From a virus: 64,000 bases of DNA. The DNA is taken from IMG/VR virus record IMGVR_UViG_3300046314_000711; one strand, written 5' to 3'. A program made the position numbers and the translations under genes. The notes below the pieces were generated by a model that saw nothing but the letters and a program-made list of their open reading frames with translations, was not told the DNA's origin and ran no database searches. Each line of letters starts with the position of its first letter. Within the stretch, counting starts at the first letter, position 1. Shown one piece after another: positions 21,423 through 30,221 of this stretch.

Positions 21423-21959
21423 ATGTTAGCTTCACCAAAACAAGCAGTTGATGATAATTGGGTGACTCATCCTGATTGCAAGCAGTATTCAGAATGGGTT
21501 GATCGCAACTTCATCAGTCCGAATGCAATTGACTTTACAATTGACAAATTATTTGCAGTCGATAACACTACAGTAGCGGTACTATCCGAAACTGAGAAAA
21601 AAATGCGCAAGGTTACTGAAGTTGCTGTCGATTCAGATGGATATTGGACGCTGGAACCCAATGTTGTATACGATGGGATGTCTGCATTCTTCGTAAGCGT
21701 TCCGAAGCAACACGCCGCCCAACTCATTATTCGTTCAACATTTAATCGAGTGGGGTGTCGCATGTCTAGTGGATTGTATGATGATTCGTTTAGTGGTAAT
21801 ATTGGATTTACTCTAATTAACCACTCGGGTCAACTTAAAGTTAAACCTGGCACTCGAATCGGGCAAATTATGTTCATCGAATCCAATTCTGTTGGTGCGT
21901 ACAAGGGTGGCTATAACAGCACAGCTGACACTCACTGGACAGAAACTTCGAAATCCTGA
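21423..21959 (+). CDS. trimeric dUTPase/dCTP deaminase family
   Basis: NAIDF, IRSTFNRVG, GLYDDSFSG, GTRIGQI, YKGGY. Confidence 0.85.
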   Translation: MLASPKQAVDDNWVTHPDCKQYSEWVDRNFISPNAIDFTIDKLFAVDNTTVAVLSETEKKMRKVTEVAVDSDGYWTLEPNVVYDGMSAFFVSVPKQHAAQLIIRSTFNRVGCRMSSGLYDDSFSGNIGFTLINHSGQLKVKPGTRIGQIMFIESNSVGAYKGGYNSTADTHWTETSKS

Positions 21960-21961
21960 TT

Positions 21962-22558
21962 ATGACAAATAAAACTAAAATCCTTTTTGTCGATGTAGAG
22001 ACATCTGGTTACGACCAAAATAACATGATGGATCGCTCGGGAAATGGGAAATTTCAAATGACATCGCTTGGTGCGATTGTCGTTAATGCGACTACACTCA
22101 AAGAGCTTGATTCTTTCTATACTGAGTTCAAATATATTGATGGTTGTGCTTGGAGTGACAGTGCCGAGCGCATTCACGGTCTATCAAAAGCTCACTTGGA
22201 TGAACATGGTGTTGAGTATTCCGAGGGTTTCGTCCAATTTACAGAGTTTCTAGTGAAGCACTTTGATCCATCTCGTGCAATTACACTTGGTGGACATAAT
22301 GTATCCACGTTTGATCGCCACTTCTTAATCAAGTTCTTCGAACACAACGAAGCAGCTATTCAATTGTCTGGTCATTGTGTTGATAGCTATACGCTAGGTA
22401 AGGTGCTACTAGATGCAAATAATTCAAATGAGTTGTTTGAACAAGTTGGCATTGATCGCGATACTCACAATGCTTTGGAAGATGCTCGAGCTTCATTGAA
22501 GGCAGTTCGATTGGTCAGAAATCTGTATAAAACTGCGCTAAATACCCAACTAGCATAA
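21962..22558 (+). CDS. DEDDh 3'-5' exonuclease
   Basis: DVETSG, IHGLS, GHNVSTFD, HNALEDA. Confidence 0.9.
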   Translation: MTNKTKILFVDVETSGYDQNNMMDRSGNGKFQMTSLGAIVVNATTLKELDSFYTEFKYIDGCAWSDSAERIHGLSKAHLDEHGVEYSEGFVQFTEFLVKHFDPSRAITLGGHNVSTFDRHFLIKFFEHNEAAIQLSGHCVDSYTLGKVLLDANNSNELFEQVGIDRDTHNALEDARASLKAVRLVRNLYKTALNTQLA

Positions 22559-22566
22559 TGTTTGCA

Positions 22567-23223
22567 ATGTTCAATTTCTTTCGCACACTTCTTGAAAAAA
22601 TCAAAGTAGAAGAAACTAAACTATCACCTTCACACGAGTCGTTATCAATTTTTTTACCTATGGTAGACGCAGCTTTACCAAAAGCAGAACACTGTGGAGA
22701 TATTGAACGGATTGCTGTATATAAATTTGATGCACTTGGCACCACTTTCTTTGTATTGACGCCCGATCGTCAAAAAATATTTGCATATTATCAATTGCGT
22801 GATACAGAAGTAGTTAGTGCGTATGTTAATCCGGTACTTCGTGGACAAAACCTTACTGTAATGTTCTTTATGTTTCTCCTACGCAATCAGGGGATGCAGC
22901 AAGTTATAATCGGAGATGACCATAGTGAAAAAATGAAAGAATTGTTAAAAAAAGTGTATCGGCAATTTAGACGTGTGTATTGGCAGAAAGGTGATCAACA
23001 AGTACTGTACGATCCGTTGAAGGTGATGGATTTCTACGGAGAACACAGCACAGGATGGAAAGTTGTACTAGAAAGTACATCTGATGAGGTCAAGTATTGG
23101 CAAGCACAGCCTAAATATTTCGAATCTCATAATATGAAAACCTGGTACCATAAAGATATTTGGTGTGACCCAACTCCAATTGTATTTGAAGGTAAGATTA
23201 TGTTTTGGTCAGATCCACTCTAA
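22567..23223 (+). CDS. late protein with possible GNAT-like fold
   Basis: AYVNPVLRGQNL resembles GNAT motif A; TAAATA at 22539. Confidence 0.5.
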   Translation: MFNFFRTLLEKIKVEETKLSPSHESLSIFLPMVDAALPKAEHCGDIERIAVYKFDALGTTFFVLTPDRQKIFAYYQLRDTEVVSAYVNPVLRGQNLTVMFFMFLLRNQGMQQVIIGDDHSEKMKELLKKVYRQFRRVYWQKGDQQVLYDPLKVMDFYGEHSTGWKVVLESTSDEVKYWQAQPKYFESHNMKTWYHKDIWCDPTPIVFEGKIMFWSDPL

Positions 23224-23263
23224 CAATATGTTCAATTTCTTTCGCACACTTCTTGAAAAAATC
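22567..23263 (+). repeat. exact 36-bp direct repeat of gene starts (22567-22602, 23228-23263)
   Basis: atgttcaatttctttcgcacacttcttgaaaaaatc occurs twice. Confidence 0.95.
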
Positions 23264-23716
23264 GAAGACACCCGCCACAAGTCGGGTCACTACGTAGCTG
23301 CAAAAGTTTCTAAGGAGACGACTGCTGAGCTCAGGACGTGGTGCAAAGCAAATAAGGTGGCTGTATCAAAAGACTTTTTCGATAACTTGCACATCACCTT
23401 GTGCTACTCATCAAAACTGTTTCCAATCAAACAAGATGATGTGATTGATGATATTTCCGATTGGGTTGTCAAGCCGATAGGGTTTGCGGTATTTGGTCAG
23501 CATAAAGATAAGCGATTCCTTGTACTAAAAGTCAAGAGTACTCAATGCAATAATCGTTGGCAGCATTACATGGACCAAGGTGCGAGTTATGATTTTGACG
23601 ATTACTTGCCACACATCACACTTGCTCAGGACCACGAAGGTGATCTCGATCAACTAGACCTCGATACCTTACCAAAACTGACACTAAGTAGTGAATACTA
23701 CGAACCCCTTCACTAA
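23228..23716 (+). CDS. acb1: anti-CBASS 2H phosphoesterase Acb1 (T4 57B-like)
   Basis: YVAAK, LHITLCYS, GASYDFDDYLPHITL, EYYEPL parallel T4 57B. Confidence 0.88.
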   Translation: MFNFFRTLLEKIEDTRHKSGHYVAAKVSKETTAELRTWCKANKVAVSKDFFDNLHITLCYSSKLFPIKQDDVIDDISDWVVKPIGFAVFGQHKDKRFLVLKVKSTQCNNRWQHYMDQGASYDFDDYLPHITLAQDHEGDLDQLDLDTLPKLTLSSEYYEPLH

Positions 23717-23717
23717 T

Positions 23718-24014
23718 ATGGCAACTAAAAAAACCGTAAAGCAACAAGTACCTGTCGTTGAGGTTGACGACGATGCTGTGGACCGACTCCCGTTTTCTCG
23801 CCTTCGATACAATGTTGAAAAAAAGCGTTCTCAAATCGCCACTCACCAAGTTGAATTAGTTGAGATGGAACGAGAGCTGCAGTTGCGGTGCGATCATTTT
23901 GATACAACACGATTCACTGAATCTCGCTCAGGTGTAGATTTCTATAATAAAGAAGTTATTGTTCAGATGATTTGTTGTAACACGTGTGGACTAACTCGTC
24001 CGATTGTAGGATAA
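23718..24014 (+). CDS. hypothetical protein (Cys/His Zn-binding)
   Basis: CDH...CNTC. Confidence 0.55.
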   Translation: MATKKTVKQQVPVVEVDDDAVDRLPFSRLRYNVEKKRSQIATHQVELVEMERELQLRCDHFDTTRFTESRSGVDFYNKEVIVQMICCNTCGLTRPIVG

Positions 24015-24096
24015 CTAGACCCTTACCCTGCAGACTGCCTGGATTCTACAGGCGTAAATAGTGCGTTAGTTACGCATTTTATAAAGGGACGATCCA

Positions 24097-24777
24097 ATGC
24101 AAAAATTCACAACTGCTACCACGAAAAGTGATTCTGGCGATGACATGCTTGACGATGATTTTAGTGGTCCAAAACGTCCTAAATTCGGGTTTACTCGTGT
24201 TATCCCGGTAAAACAACACAACTTCTACATTTACTCGGATATTGGTCCCCCAGAGAACTACATTGATTTGATTCAAACCATTCGCACCGCTGATGTTCAT
24301 GATCAGATCTATCTACATCTCAATACTGGTGGTGGCCACCTAGATACTGGCATTGCGATTGTATCTGCAATCGCTGAGTGTCAAGGTACTGTTACTACAG
24401 TACTCGATAGTTTAGCCTGTTCCATGGGTGCAATTCTTTTCCTAGCTGGGCATCAGTACATTGTCCATGACTGTGCAATGATGATGTTCCATACATTCAA
24501 TGGTGGATTTATCGGCAAGAGTTCTGACGTAGATAAACAAGTACAAGCATACAAACGCCAGTACGCGATGCTTGTTAAAAAAACATGCTCGAAGTTTTTA
24601 ACTGCTGATGAAATCAAACGGATTGATAATGGTGAAGAATTGTGGTTCGCATCTGATCTAATTGGTAAACGTCTCAGAGTTCTCCACAAAGAGCAAATCG
24701 AGGAGGCTGGTAGCAAGTCTCCTCGTAAACTAAAAAAAGGTGTGACACCGATACCGGACACGCTAATTGCTGAATAA
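24097..24777 (+). CDS. ClpP-like serine protease
   Basis: LHLNTGGG, ACSMGAILF, MMFH. Confidence 0.85.
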   Translation: MQKFTTATTKSDSGDDMLDDDFSGPKRPKFGFTRVIPVKQHNFYIYSDIGPPENYIDLIQTIRTADVHDQIYLHLNTGGGHLDTGIAIVSAIAECQGTVTTVLDSLACSMGAILFLAGHQYIVHDCAMMMFHTFNGGFIGKSSDVDKQVQAYKRQYAMLVKKTCSKFLTADEIKRIDNGEELWFASDLIGKRLRVLHKEQIEEAGSKSPRKLKKGVTPIPDTLIAE

Positions 24778-25782
24778 ATGTTCGAAACTGAAACACTTGA
24801 AAATGTGATTAAACAGAGTGGGATCTTGGGAACAAGGTCTCCCTCTGCTTCTGGATGGTACACAATTAAGTGTAGAATCTGTAACGACTATAAAAATCGT
24901 GGTGGTTTTCTATTTGAAAATAATACTGTTGCATTCCATTGCTTCAATTGTTCTCATGTAGCTGGGCACTCCCAATCTTCACAAAAGTTCTCAAAGGGGA
25001 TGTATCAAGTACTCACTGCGTTTGGTATTGATATCACAGCAGCTCGTAAAACACTGTTCGCTAGTTTTCAGTCGCAGGGATCTGAGGCTTCGGAAACAGA
25101 TGATGAACGCGAGTACCGCTTATCGGTTCAACAACCTGTAGCGCTCGAGTTACCAGATGAGTTTGAGTTTCTGAATACCGCCAACCCAAACCACGCTAAC
25201 GCTATTAAATATGTTAGCGATCGATTTGTGGATTTTGCAAAGTATGGTTTGATGATTTCCACTACAACAAAACCACGTGACATCTGGCACGGCCGTGTGA
25301 TTATTCCGATCTACAACCGTTCTAACCAAGTAATATTTTACCAAGGTCGATCTTTCACTGGTGCGGAGCGTAGGTGGGAGTCTCCATCCGCTCCTAAAAC
25401 AAATGTCCTATTCGGCTATCACAACATAGACGACCACTCTAAGGACTATGTGATTGTGTGCGAAGGAACATTTGATGCGATGTGTATAGACGGTGTGGCA
25501 ATCCTTGGCAGTGAGTTTACATCATTTCACGTTAGAGCACTGAATGGTACACACAAACAAAAGATAGTTGTTCCACAGCGTGATAAGCGCGGCTATGCTA
25601 TGGCAATGCAAGCACTAGAGCACGGGTATTCTCTCAGCTTCCCAGATATAGGTGGAGCACAGGATATAAATGACGCTGTCATTCAGTATGGGCGGTTGTA
25701 CACTGAGCGACAAATTGTATCCAAAGCAACGACATCTAAATACGAAGCACAACTTAAACTCGGATTGTGGTGTTCGAATTAA
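24778..25782 (+). CDS. DNA primase (gp61-like)
   Basis: CRIC...HCFNC Zn finger, GRVIIP, YQGRS, Toprim CEGTFDA, DIND. Confidence 0.9.
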   Translation: MFETETLENVIKQSGILGTRSPSASGWYTIKCRICNDYKNRGGFLFENNTVAFHCFNCSHVAGHSQSSQKFSKGMYQVLTAFGIDITAARKTLFASFQSQGSEASETDDEREYRLSVQQPVALELPDEFEFLNTANPNHANAIKYVSDRFVDFAKYGLMISTTTKPRDIWHGRVIIPIYNRSNQVIFYQGRSFTGAERRWESPSAPKTNVLFGYHNIDDHSKDYVIVCEGTFDAMCIDGVAILGSEFTSFHVRALNGTHKQKIVVPQRDKRGYAMAMQALEHGYSLSFPDIGGAQDINDAVIQYGRLYTERQIVSKATTSKYEAQLKLGLWCSN

Positions 25783-25807
25783 TTTTAACCTTATAGAAAT
25801 AACCCAT

Positions 25808-26404
25808 ATGATTTCCTTTCCAAAATACAAATCTTTAAAGCACGTACTTAAAGCAGTCAAAGCTAGCACAGAAAAAGAAGCAGATAAATTACCAACCATT
25901 CCTTATATTGGGTTTACAGAACCGGCTGGATCAAAAGTTGTTATTGAGCTTGATAACGCAGGTACTGCGATTGGTGTTAGTTCAAAGATTGTGCAAAAGT
26001 GGGTCGATGCAAACGCTGGTGCACTTTCATTGGTTGTGTCAAATCTAATTGCTGCGCACGGTAATGTACCTTCTAGTATTACACTAACACTTGTTGGGTA
26101 TATTAGTGGAGGTGTATTATCGCTGATTGATGCTCAATTGGCTGCTGATGGTAAACATAGTGCTTACTGGTTATCTACATCGGTAGTCAGTCAACTCGTC
26201 GAACGAGTCAGTAATGTTCAGGTTGCATTTAAAGCGGGTGCTGTGTACACTGAGATTGATTTCAACGACGTGGATTTATTTGTCAATGAGGTTGCACGAA
26301 CTGCTGCTGACAGTGGTCAGACTATGCTGTGGCAAGTCAGTCCACATTCTGATGCTTCTGCTGCACTCGTATTGCGTGACCCTTACCGAATCACTACAGA
26401 TTAA
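25808..26404 (+). CDS. hypothetical protein, possibly a degenerate Rnl2-like ligase domain
   Basis: FPKYKSL...LPTIPYIG N-terminus but no KxxG motif. Confidence 0.4.
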   Translation: MISFPKYKSLKHVLKAVKASTEKEADKLPTIPYIGFTEPAGSKVVIELDNAGTAIGVSSKIVQKWVDANAGALSLVVSNLIAAHGNVPSSITLTLVGYISGGVLSLIDAQLAADGKHSAYWLSTSVVSQLVERVSNVQVAFKAGAVYTEIDFNDVDLFVNEVARTAADSGQTMLWQVSPHSDASAALVLRDPYRITTD

Positions 26405-26898
26405 ACCGGACTAGCGTGAGCTAGTGCTACCAATTGGTCACGCCCAGCTGAGAAGTTGGGCGTTGCTGTTACCGAATACTGTTGGTGGATAGTCGTAGTA
26501 GTACCAGTTTCTATATCAGGTATACCTGCATATACATCGATTGTTAAACTAGGTGGGGTTAAGTGTTTTGTGTAATTAAATACAGCCCCATTTGGCGGTG
26601 CAACCCAATTATCGTTCTCGGTAATTATTGTGTTATCATCAATCTTTTTAAATGACAATGTCCACGGGTACACCGAGCTCGTACCAATTATTACCGTCCC
26701 AGTCCCGTTGGTGTTGATAGACGACGTAGCTACTGCTTGAAGCGTTGGAGATAACTCAATATGAGTGATTGGTGGTGCAACTGTACCAATTCCTGTTACA
26801 GAAACACTGAATGTATAAACTGATTCAGAACCTTCTGAATGCCCCAACTCTGTTGTAGTTGGGTTTAGTGTATATGTTGGTGCTGTACTAGTAGCCAT
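26401..26898 (-). CDS. hypothetical virion (baseplate-associated) protein
   Basis: Thr-rich beta protein co-transcribed with PAAR gene. Confidence 0.55.
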   Translation of the reverse strand: MATSTAPTYTLNPTTTELGHSEGSESVYTFSVSVTGIGTVAPPITHIELSPTLQAVATSSINTNGTGTVIIGTSSVYPWTLSFKKIDDNTIITENDNWVAPPNGAVFNYTKHLTPPSLTIDVYAGIPDIETGTTTTIHQQYSVTATPNFSAGRDQLVALAHASPV

Positions 26899-26900
26899 AA

Positions 26901-27188
26901 TTATCCTGCAAACACATTAGAACTACCCTGAGCATCAGCAGCCCCGCAACTAATACTGTCACCGATCCTTGCCACCCCAAGATCGTTAGCAAATACTGTT
27001 CCACTACCAGATGCTTGTACTGCACCTGAGTGGACTGTGTTCCCACAAGAGTGGGTTGCCCAACCATCGGACACTCTGTGGACACCAATACCATTGATGA
27101 ATACATTGGAACTTCCTCCAATATTCGGACGGGGTGGTAAACAACCATCACCTGTGCATTGATCACCGACCCTAACTATTGCTGGCAT
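26901..27188 (-). CDS. PAAR spike-tip protein (T4 gp5.4-like)
   Basis: RVGD, GSSNVFING, H.C...H, ARIGDSISCG, GSSNVFAG. Confidence 0.95.
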   Translation of the reverse strand: MPAIVRVGDQCTGDGCLPPRPNIGGSSNVFINGIGVHRVSDGWATHSCGNTVHSGAVQASGSGTVFANDLGVARIGDSISCGAADAQGSSNVFAG

Positions 27189-27277
27189 CTTACCTCCATC
27201 GCTTAATTGATATTATTTATCGATTGCACGGCACTGCCCACGCCATGTAAATAAACAAAACCTTTGTGGGTTGTAGT

Positions 27278-27886
27278 ATGGTTGCACCTATTGTTGACGA
27301 TTTCACCGCTTTTGATCAATGCGCTCCACAAGATCGCAAGTGGTATGGCAAGCTCTACGTTGCTCGTTATTTTGGATACAACTGCGGGTCTGGTACAATT
27401 CGTGAGGATGGTGAGTGGATTGTTAGACCAATCACGAATCTGGCTGGACAAGGATTGGATGCTACGATTGGTTGGCACAGATCGGGTGATCCAATCCCAC
27501 CAAACTTTTTCTGGTGCGAGGTCTTCACAGGGCGGCACATCACGATTGACTACATTAGGTCTGGTGAAGGTTGGGTACAATCCCATACGTTCCAAGGGTT
27601 CAACACACAGGATGACCTAATCCGATTTAGTCATTGGAAGCGCGTGGATTATCCGTTCCCCTTGCCATCTGCGCTTCGGGGTGTCGAGAGCGATCACATC
27701 AATCTCGAACTAATAGGTGGGAACATAATCGAAGTGCATCTCCGTCCAAATAGCGATCCAGTCCAGTATGACGAGTTTTGGCCAATTTGGCGAGATGATC
27801 AACCGCCACCGTCATCAGGTAAGTGGGTACGCATCCAAGATCAAGTGACTCACATTGGTAGACTTGGTTTCTATGTTCCAGGTTGA
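27278..27886 (+). CDS. hypothetical protein, possibly ATP-grasp-like
   Basis: IVRPITNLAG, FWCEVFTGRHITIDY, INLELIGGNIIEVHLR. Confidence 0.5.
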   Translation: MVAPIVDDFTAFDQCAPQDRKWYGKLYVARYFGYNCGSGTIREDGEWIVRPITNLAGQGLDATIGWHRSGDPIPPNFFWCEVFTGRHITIDYIRSGEGWVQSHTFQGFNTQDDLIRFSHWKRVDYPFPLPSALRGVESDHINLELIGGNIIEVHLRPNSDPVQYDEFWPIWRDDQPPPSSGKWVRIQDQVTHIGRLGFYVPG

Positions 27887-27949
27887 GCACAAACTTGAAA
27901 TCAACTACATTAGACAAATCGGTTCAATAAAAAGTTTTTAAAAAGCCTG

Positions 27950-27978
27950 TTGACCAGATTTGAAAAGTGTGTTACATT
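27950..27978 (+). promoter_or_regulatory. sigma70 promoter of tRNA array 1
   Basis: TTGACC-17-TACATT; near-identical to the promoter at 56784. Confidence 0.75.
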
Positions 27979-28094
27979 AGACAAATCGGTTCACAAAAAG
28001 TTAAAAACTGACTGTTGAGCACAAATAGTTTACCAAATATAGTTAGCCTTTTGGCATTGAGCCATATATACATTAACAAAGAAAGTTTTTCCAA

Positions 28095-28199
28095 ATGTTT
28101 TCCTCTTCCGTGATTATTAGCAAACATACAATGAGCGAACGCTTTAGCGATCGTTCAGATGATATGTGCGCCCTTGTTCACGTCGGAGTAGAATTCTAA
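28095..28199 (+). CDS. attenuator leader peptide of tRNA array 1 (MFSSSVIISKHTMSERFSDRSDDMCALVHVGVEF)
   Basis: 34-codon ORF between promoter and terminator; codons mirror array 1 tRNAs; contains antiterminator strand. Confidence 0.8.
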   Translation: MFSSSVIISKHTMSERFSDRSDDMCALVHVGVEF

Positions 28200-28227
28200 A
28201 CAAAGAACTTCTCCAGAATGTAGAAAC

Positions 28228-28253
28228 AAGGGCTCCAAATAGGAGCCTTTTTT
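28228..28253 (+). terminator. attenuator terminator, array 1
   Basis: aagggctcc-aaata-ggagccttt plus T tract; 5' arm also pairs with 28170-28178. Confidence 0.9.
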
Positions 28254-28283
28254 ATTGCCTAATCGATCGAGGTTGGTGCAAAA

Positions 28284-28295
28284 GATCATTAAAAA
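28284..28295 (+). promoter_or_regulatory. boxA-like antitermination site
   Basis: gatcattaaaaa, similar to gttcattaaaaa/gttctttaaaaa elsewhere and to rrn boxA. Confidence 0.5.
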
Positions 28296-28311
28296 TTTGC
28301 GTGTGTTTTAT

Positions 28312-28386
28312 GGGGCCGTAATTTAGCGGCTAGAATATCCGGTTTTTACCCGGTCCACGAGGGTTCGAGTCCCTCCGGCCCCTCCA
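28312..28386 (+). tRNA. tRNA-Lys(TTT)
   Basis: ggggccg/cggcccc acceptor, loop ttTTTac, TTCGAG T-loop, CCA. Confidence 0.75.
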
Positions 28387-28430
28387 TTTCAAAGCGCATT
28401 CAGTGTGAGTGTGTTTCGACATGGATTTAT

Positions 28431-28504
28431 GGGATCGTAATTTAATAGAAAAATACCGTGCTGATAACGCGGCTTCGACGGAGCGTAACCGTCCGATCCT
28501 ACCA
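28431..28504 (+). tRNA. tRNA-Ile(GAT)
   Basis: ccgtg-ctGATaa-cgcgg; variant T-loop; CCA. Confidence 0.8.
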
Positions 28505-28513
28505 CCATAATAT

Positions 28514-28595
28514 TTGAGTAGTCGACTGTCGGTATCGGTCATTTCCCTTTCACGGAAACGCGTAAGCAGGGGTTCAACTCCCCCTACTCAAACCA
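28514..28595 (+). tRNA. tRNA-Glu(TTC)
   Basis: tttcc-ctTTCac-ggaaa; CCA. Confidence 0.8.
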
Positions 28596-28725
28596 CTTTT
28601 CTCGCTCATCCTGTGAAGGATCGGCTTCCCTCTGCCCTACCCTACTGCAAAGTGGATGGGTAGCACACCTCGCTTACTGACCGAGGTTTACCAAATAGTC
28701 AGTAAGAATTTGTAGGGTTGCCTGC

Positions 28726-28797
28726 AGTCTGTAAGTGTTCATAGACGCACATAGCACTGTCACTGCTAAAGAACGGGAGCATTACCCGTACAGACTG
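28726..28797 (+). tRNA. tRNA-Asp(GTC), no encoded CCA
   Basis: tagca-ctGTCac-tgcta; extended flanking stem. Confidence 0.75.
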
Positions 28798-29710
28798 CAG
28801 GCAACCTTAGTTGATGAGAAAATATGCATTCGTGGTTTGGTACTACTGCCCACCGAATTGGGTCATCACTCCGGTAGTACTTTTTACCTTTAATTTCAAT
28901 CCATGCGTTATATTTCGGAAGATAGAAGTCTGGATAATACTTTCCTGGCTTTCCAGTTGGATAAGTGAAAGTAAAGTATGTTGTAGAATTTTTCAGCCAT
29001 TCAATATTGTGTGAATCCAGTAATTTTGCAAATGCAAGTTCAGCGCCTGAGTCCATTTGTTGGTCTTTATATGTTGAGCGATGCACAATCGTAGAATTTG
29101 GTTGAAATCCTCCACCTCTTCGAGTTAATAGATAACATTCATTCGAGCAAGTATTTCGTGTCGTAGTAGCAAACGTTTTATTGCACACTTGACATTGTCT
29201 TACTTTTGAATATGGTCCTAGTATTGTACGTACCGCTGCTTTACCATTTTTCGGGTTACGAGAGTGACAGACCCAGATACCTTCTAGATGTAGTTTATAT
29301 ATTCCACCTGGATTTTTCATTACTCCTGCGCGAATTTTTTGCTTAGTTTCAACTGAATGAACATAATCCCTTGTAGCATTAGTGGCGATTCCTGCACAGG
29401 TGTGACTGCAAAATGTATTATGCCTATTATTATATGATAGTGGAGTAGAACATTGCTTGCATATTGTAGGATCATTAGTGTACTCACTACGTCGAATGCT
29501 AACATTACGCTTGTGAGTAGCTGTAGACTTATCTCGTCCTCTTGCGCCATTTGTGATATTTTTGAGTTTAACTTCTTCGGACACTAGTGAAACATCCGGA
29601 AAAGCAATTTTGAAAGTATCTGTAGTATGGGAGTGAGTTTTCAAGTGAGAATTTGTAAGCTGGTTAAATTGTCTAGTGCAAATTGGGCAGGTAATCATAC
29701 GTAATATCAA
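28766..29710 (-). mobile_element. free-standing homing endonuclease (Zn fingers + PD-(D/E)XK)
   Basis: CPIC...HLKTH, FCSHTC, YYPDFYLP...IEIKG; inserted antisense in tRNA array. Confidence 0.8.
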
Positions 29711-29760
29711 GAAGTTATAATGTATTTATGGGTTCGTCAACGAACGACCCCGCCAAATTA

Positions 29761-29836
29761 GGATCATTAGCTCAATTAGTAGAGCGCTTGTCTGTCGAAC
29801 AAGAGGTAGCCGGGGCAGAGCCGGTATGGTCCGCCA
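29761..29836 (+). tRNA. tRNA-Asp(GTC)
   Basis: cttgt-ctGTCga-acaag; GCCA end. Confidence 0.8.
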
Positions 29837-29910
29837 AATTAAGGATACTAACAGCAAATCCAAACAATTTGACTTTTCTTCAAACCTAAAGTGTATCCTG
29901 TTTAATTTGT

Positions 29911-29986
29911 GGAGCCAAGGCCAATCAAGTGATGGCGGCTGTTTGAAAAACAGTGCAGGTTGGAGCGTTACCAACTGGCTCTACCA
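29911..29986 (+). tRNA. tRNA-Phe(GAA)
   Basis: gctgt-ttGAAaa-acagt; CCA. Confidence 0.8.
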
Positions 29987-30001
29987 CGTTTTTTAATTTA
30001 A

Positions 30002-30089
30002 GGAAGAATATCTACACAAGGTGTAGCACTGTTTCGAAATCAGTTGGAGTCTGTAAGGGCTTGGGGAGCATTACCTCATTCTTCCGCCA
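30002..30089 (+). tRNA. tRNA-Ser(CGA)
   Basis: ttCGAaa loop, long variable arm, GCCA. Confidence 0.8.
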
Positions 30090-30097
30090 ATAGTCAT

Positions 30098-30171
30098 GTT
30101 GTTCCTAGTGTAGTGTCCGCACACCTGTCTGTGAAACAGGTAGAGAGGGTTAGATTCCCCGGTTCAACCCA
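30098..30171 (+). tRNA. tRNA-His(GTG)
   Basis: cctgt-ctGTGaa-acagg; G-1:C73; acceptor has T-T mismatches. Confidence 0.7.
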
Positions 30172-30221
30172 AATTATTACATTTGTACACAAATGTAAAT
30201 ATCGCTATAATTGATTTCACT

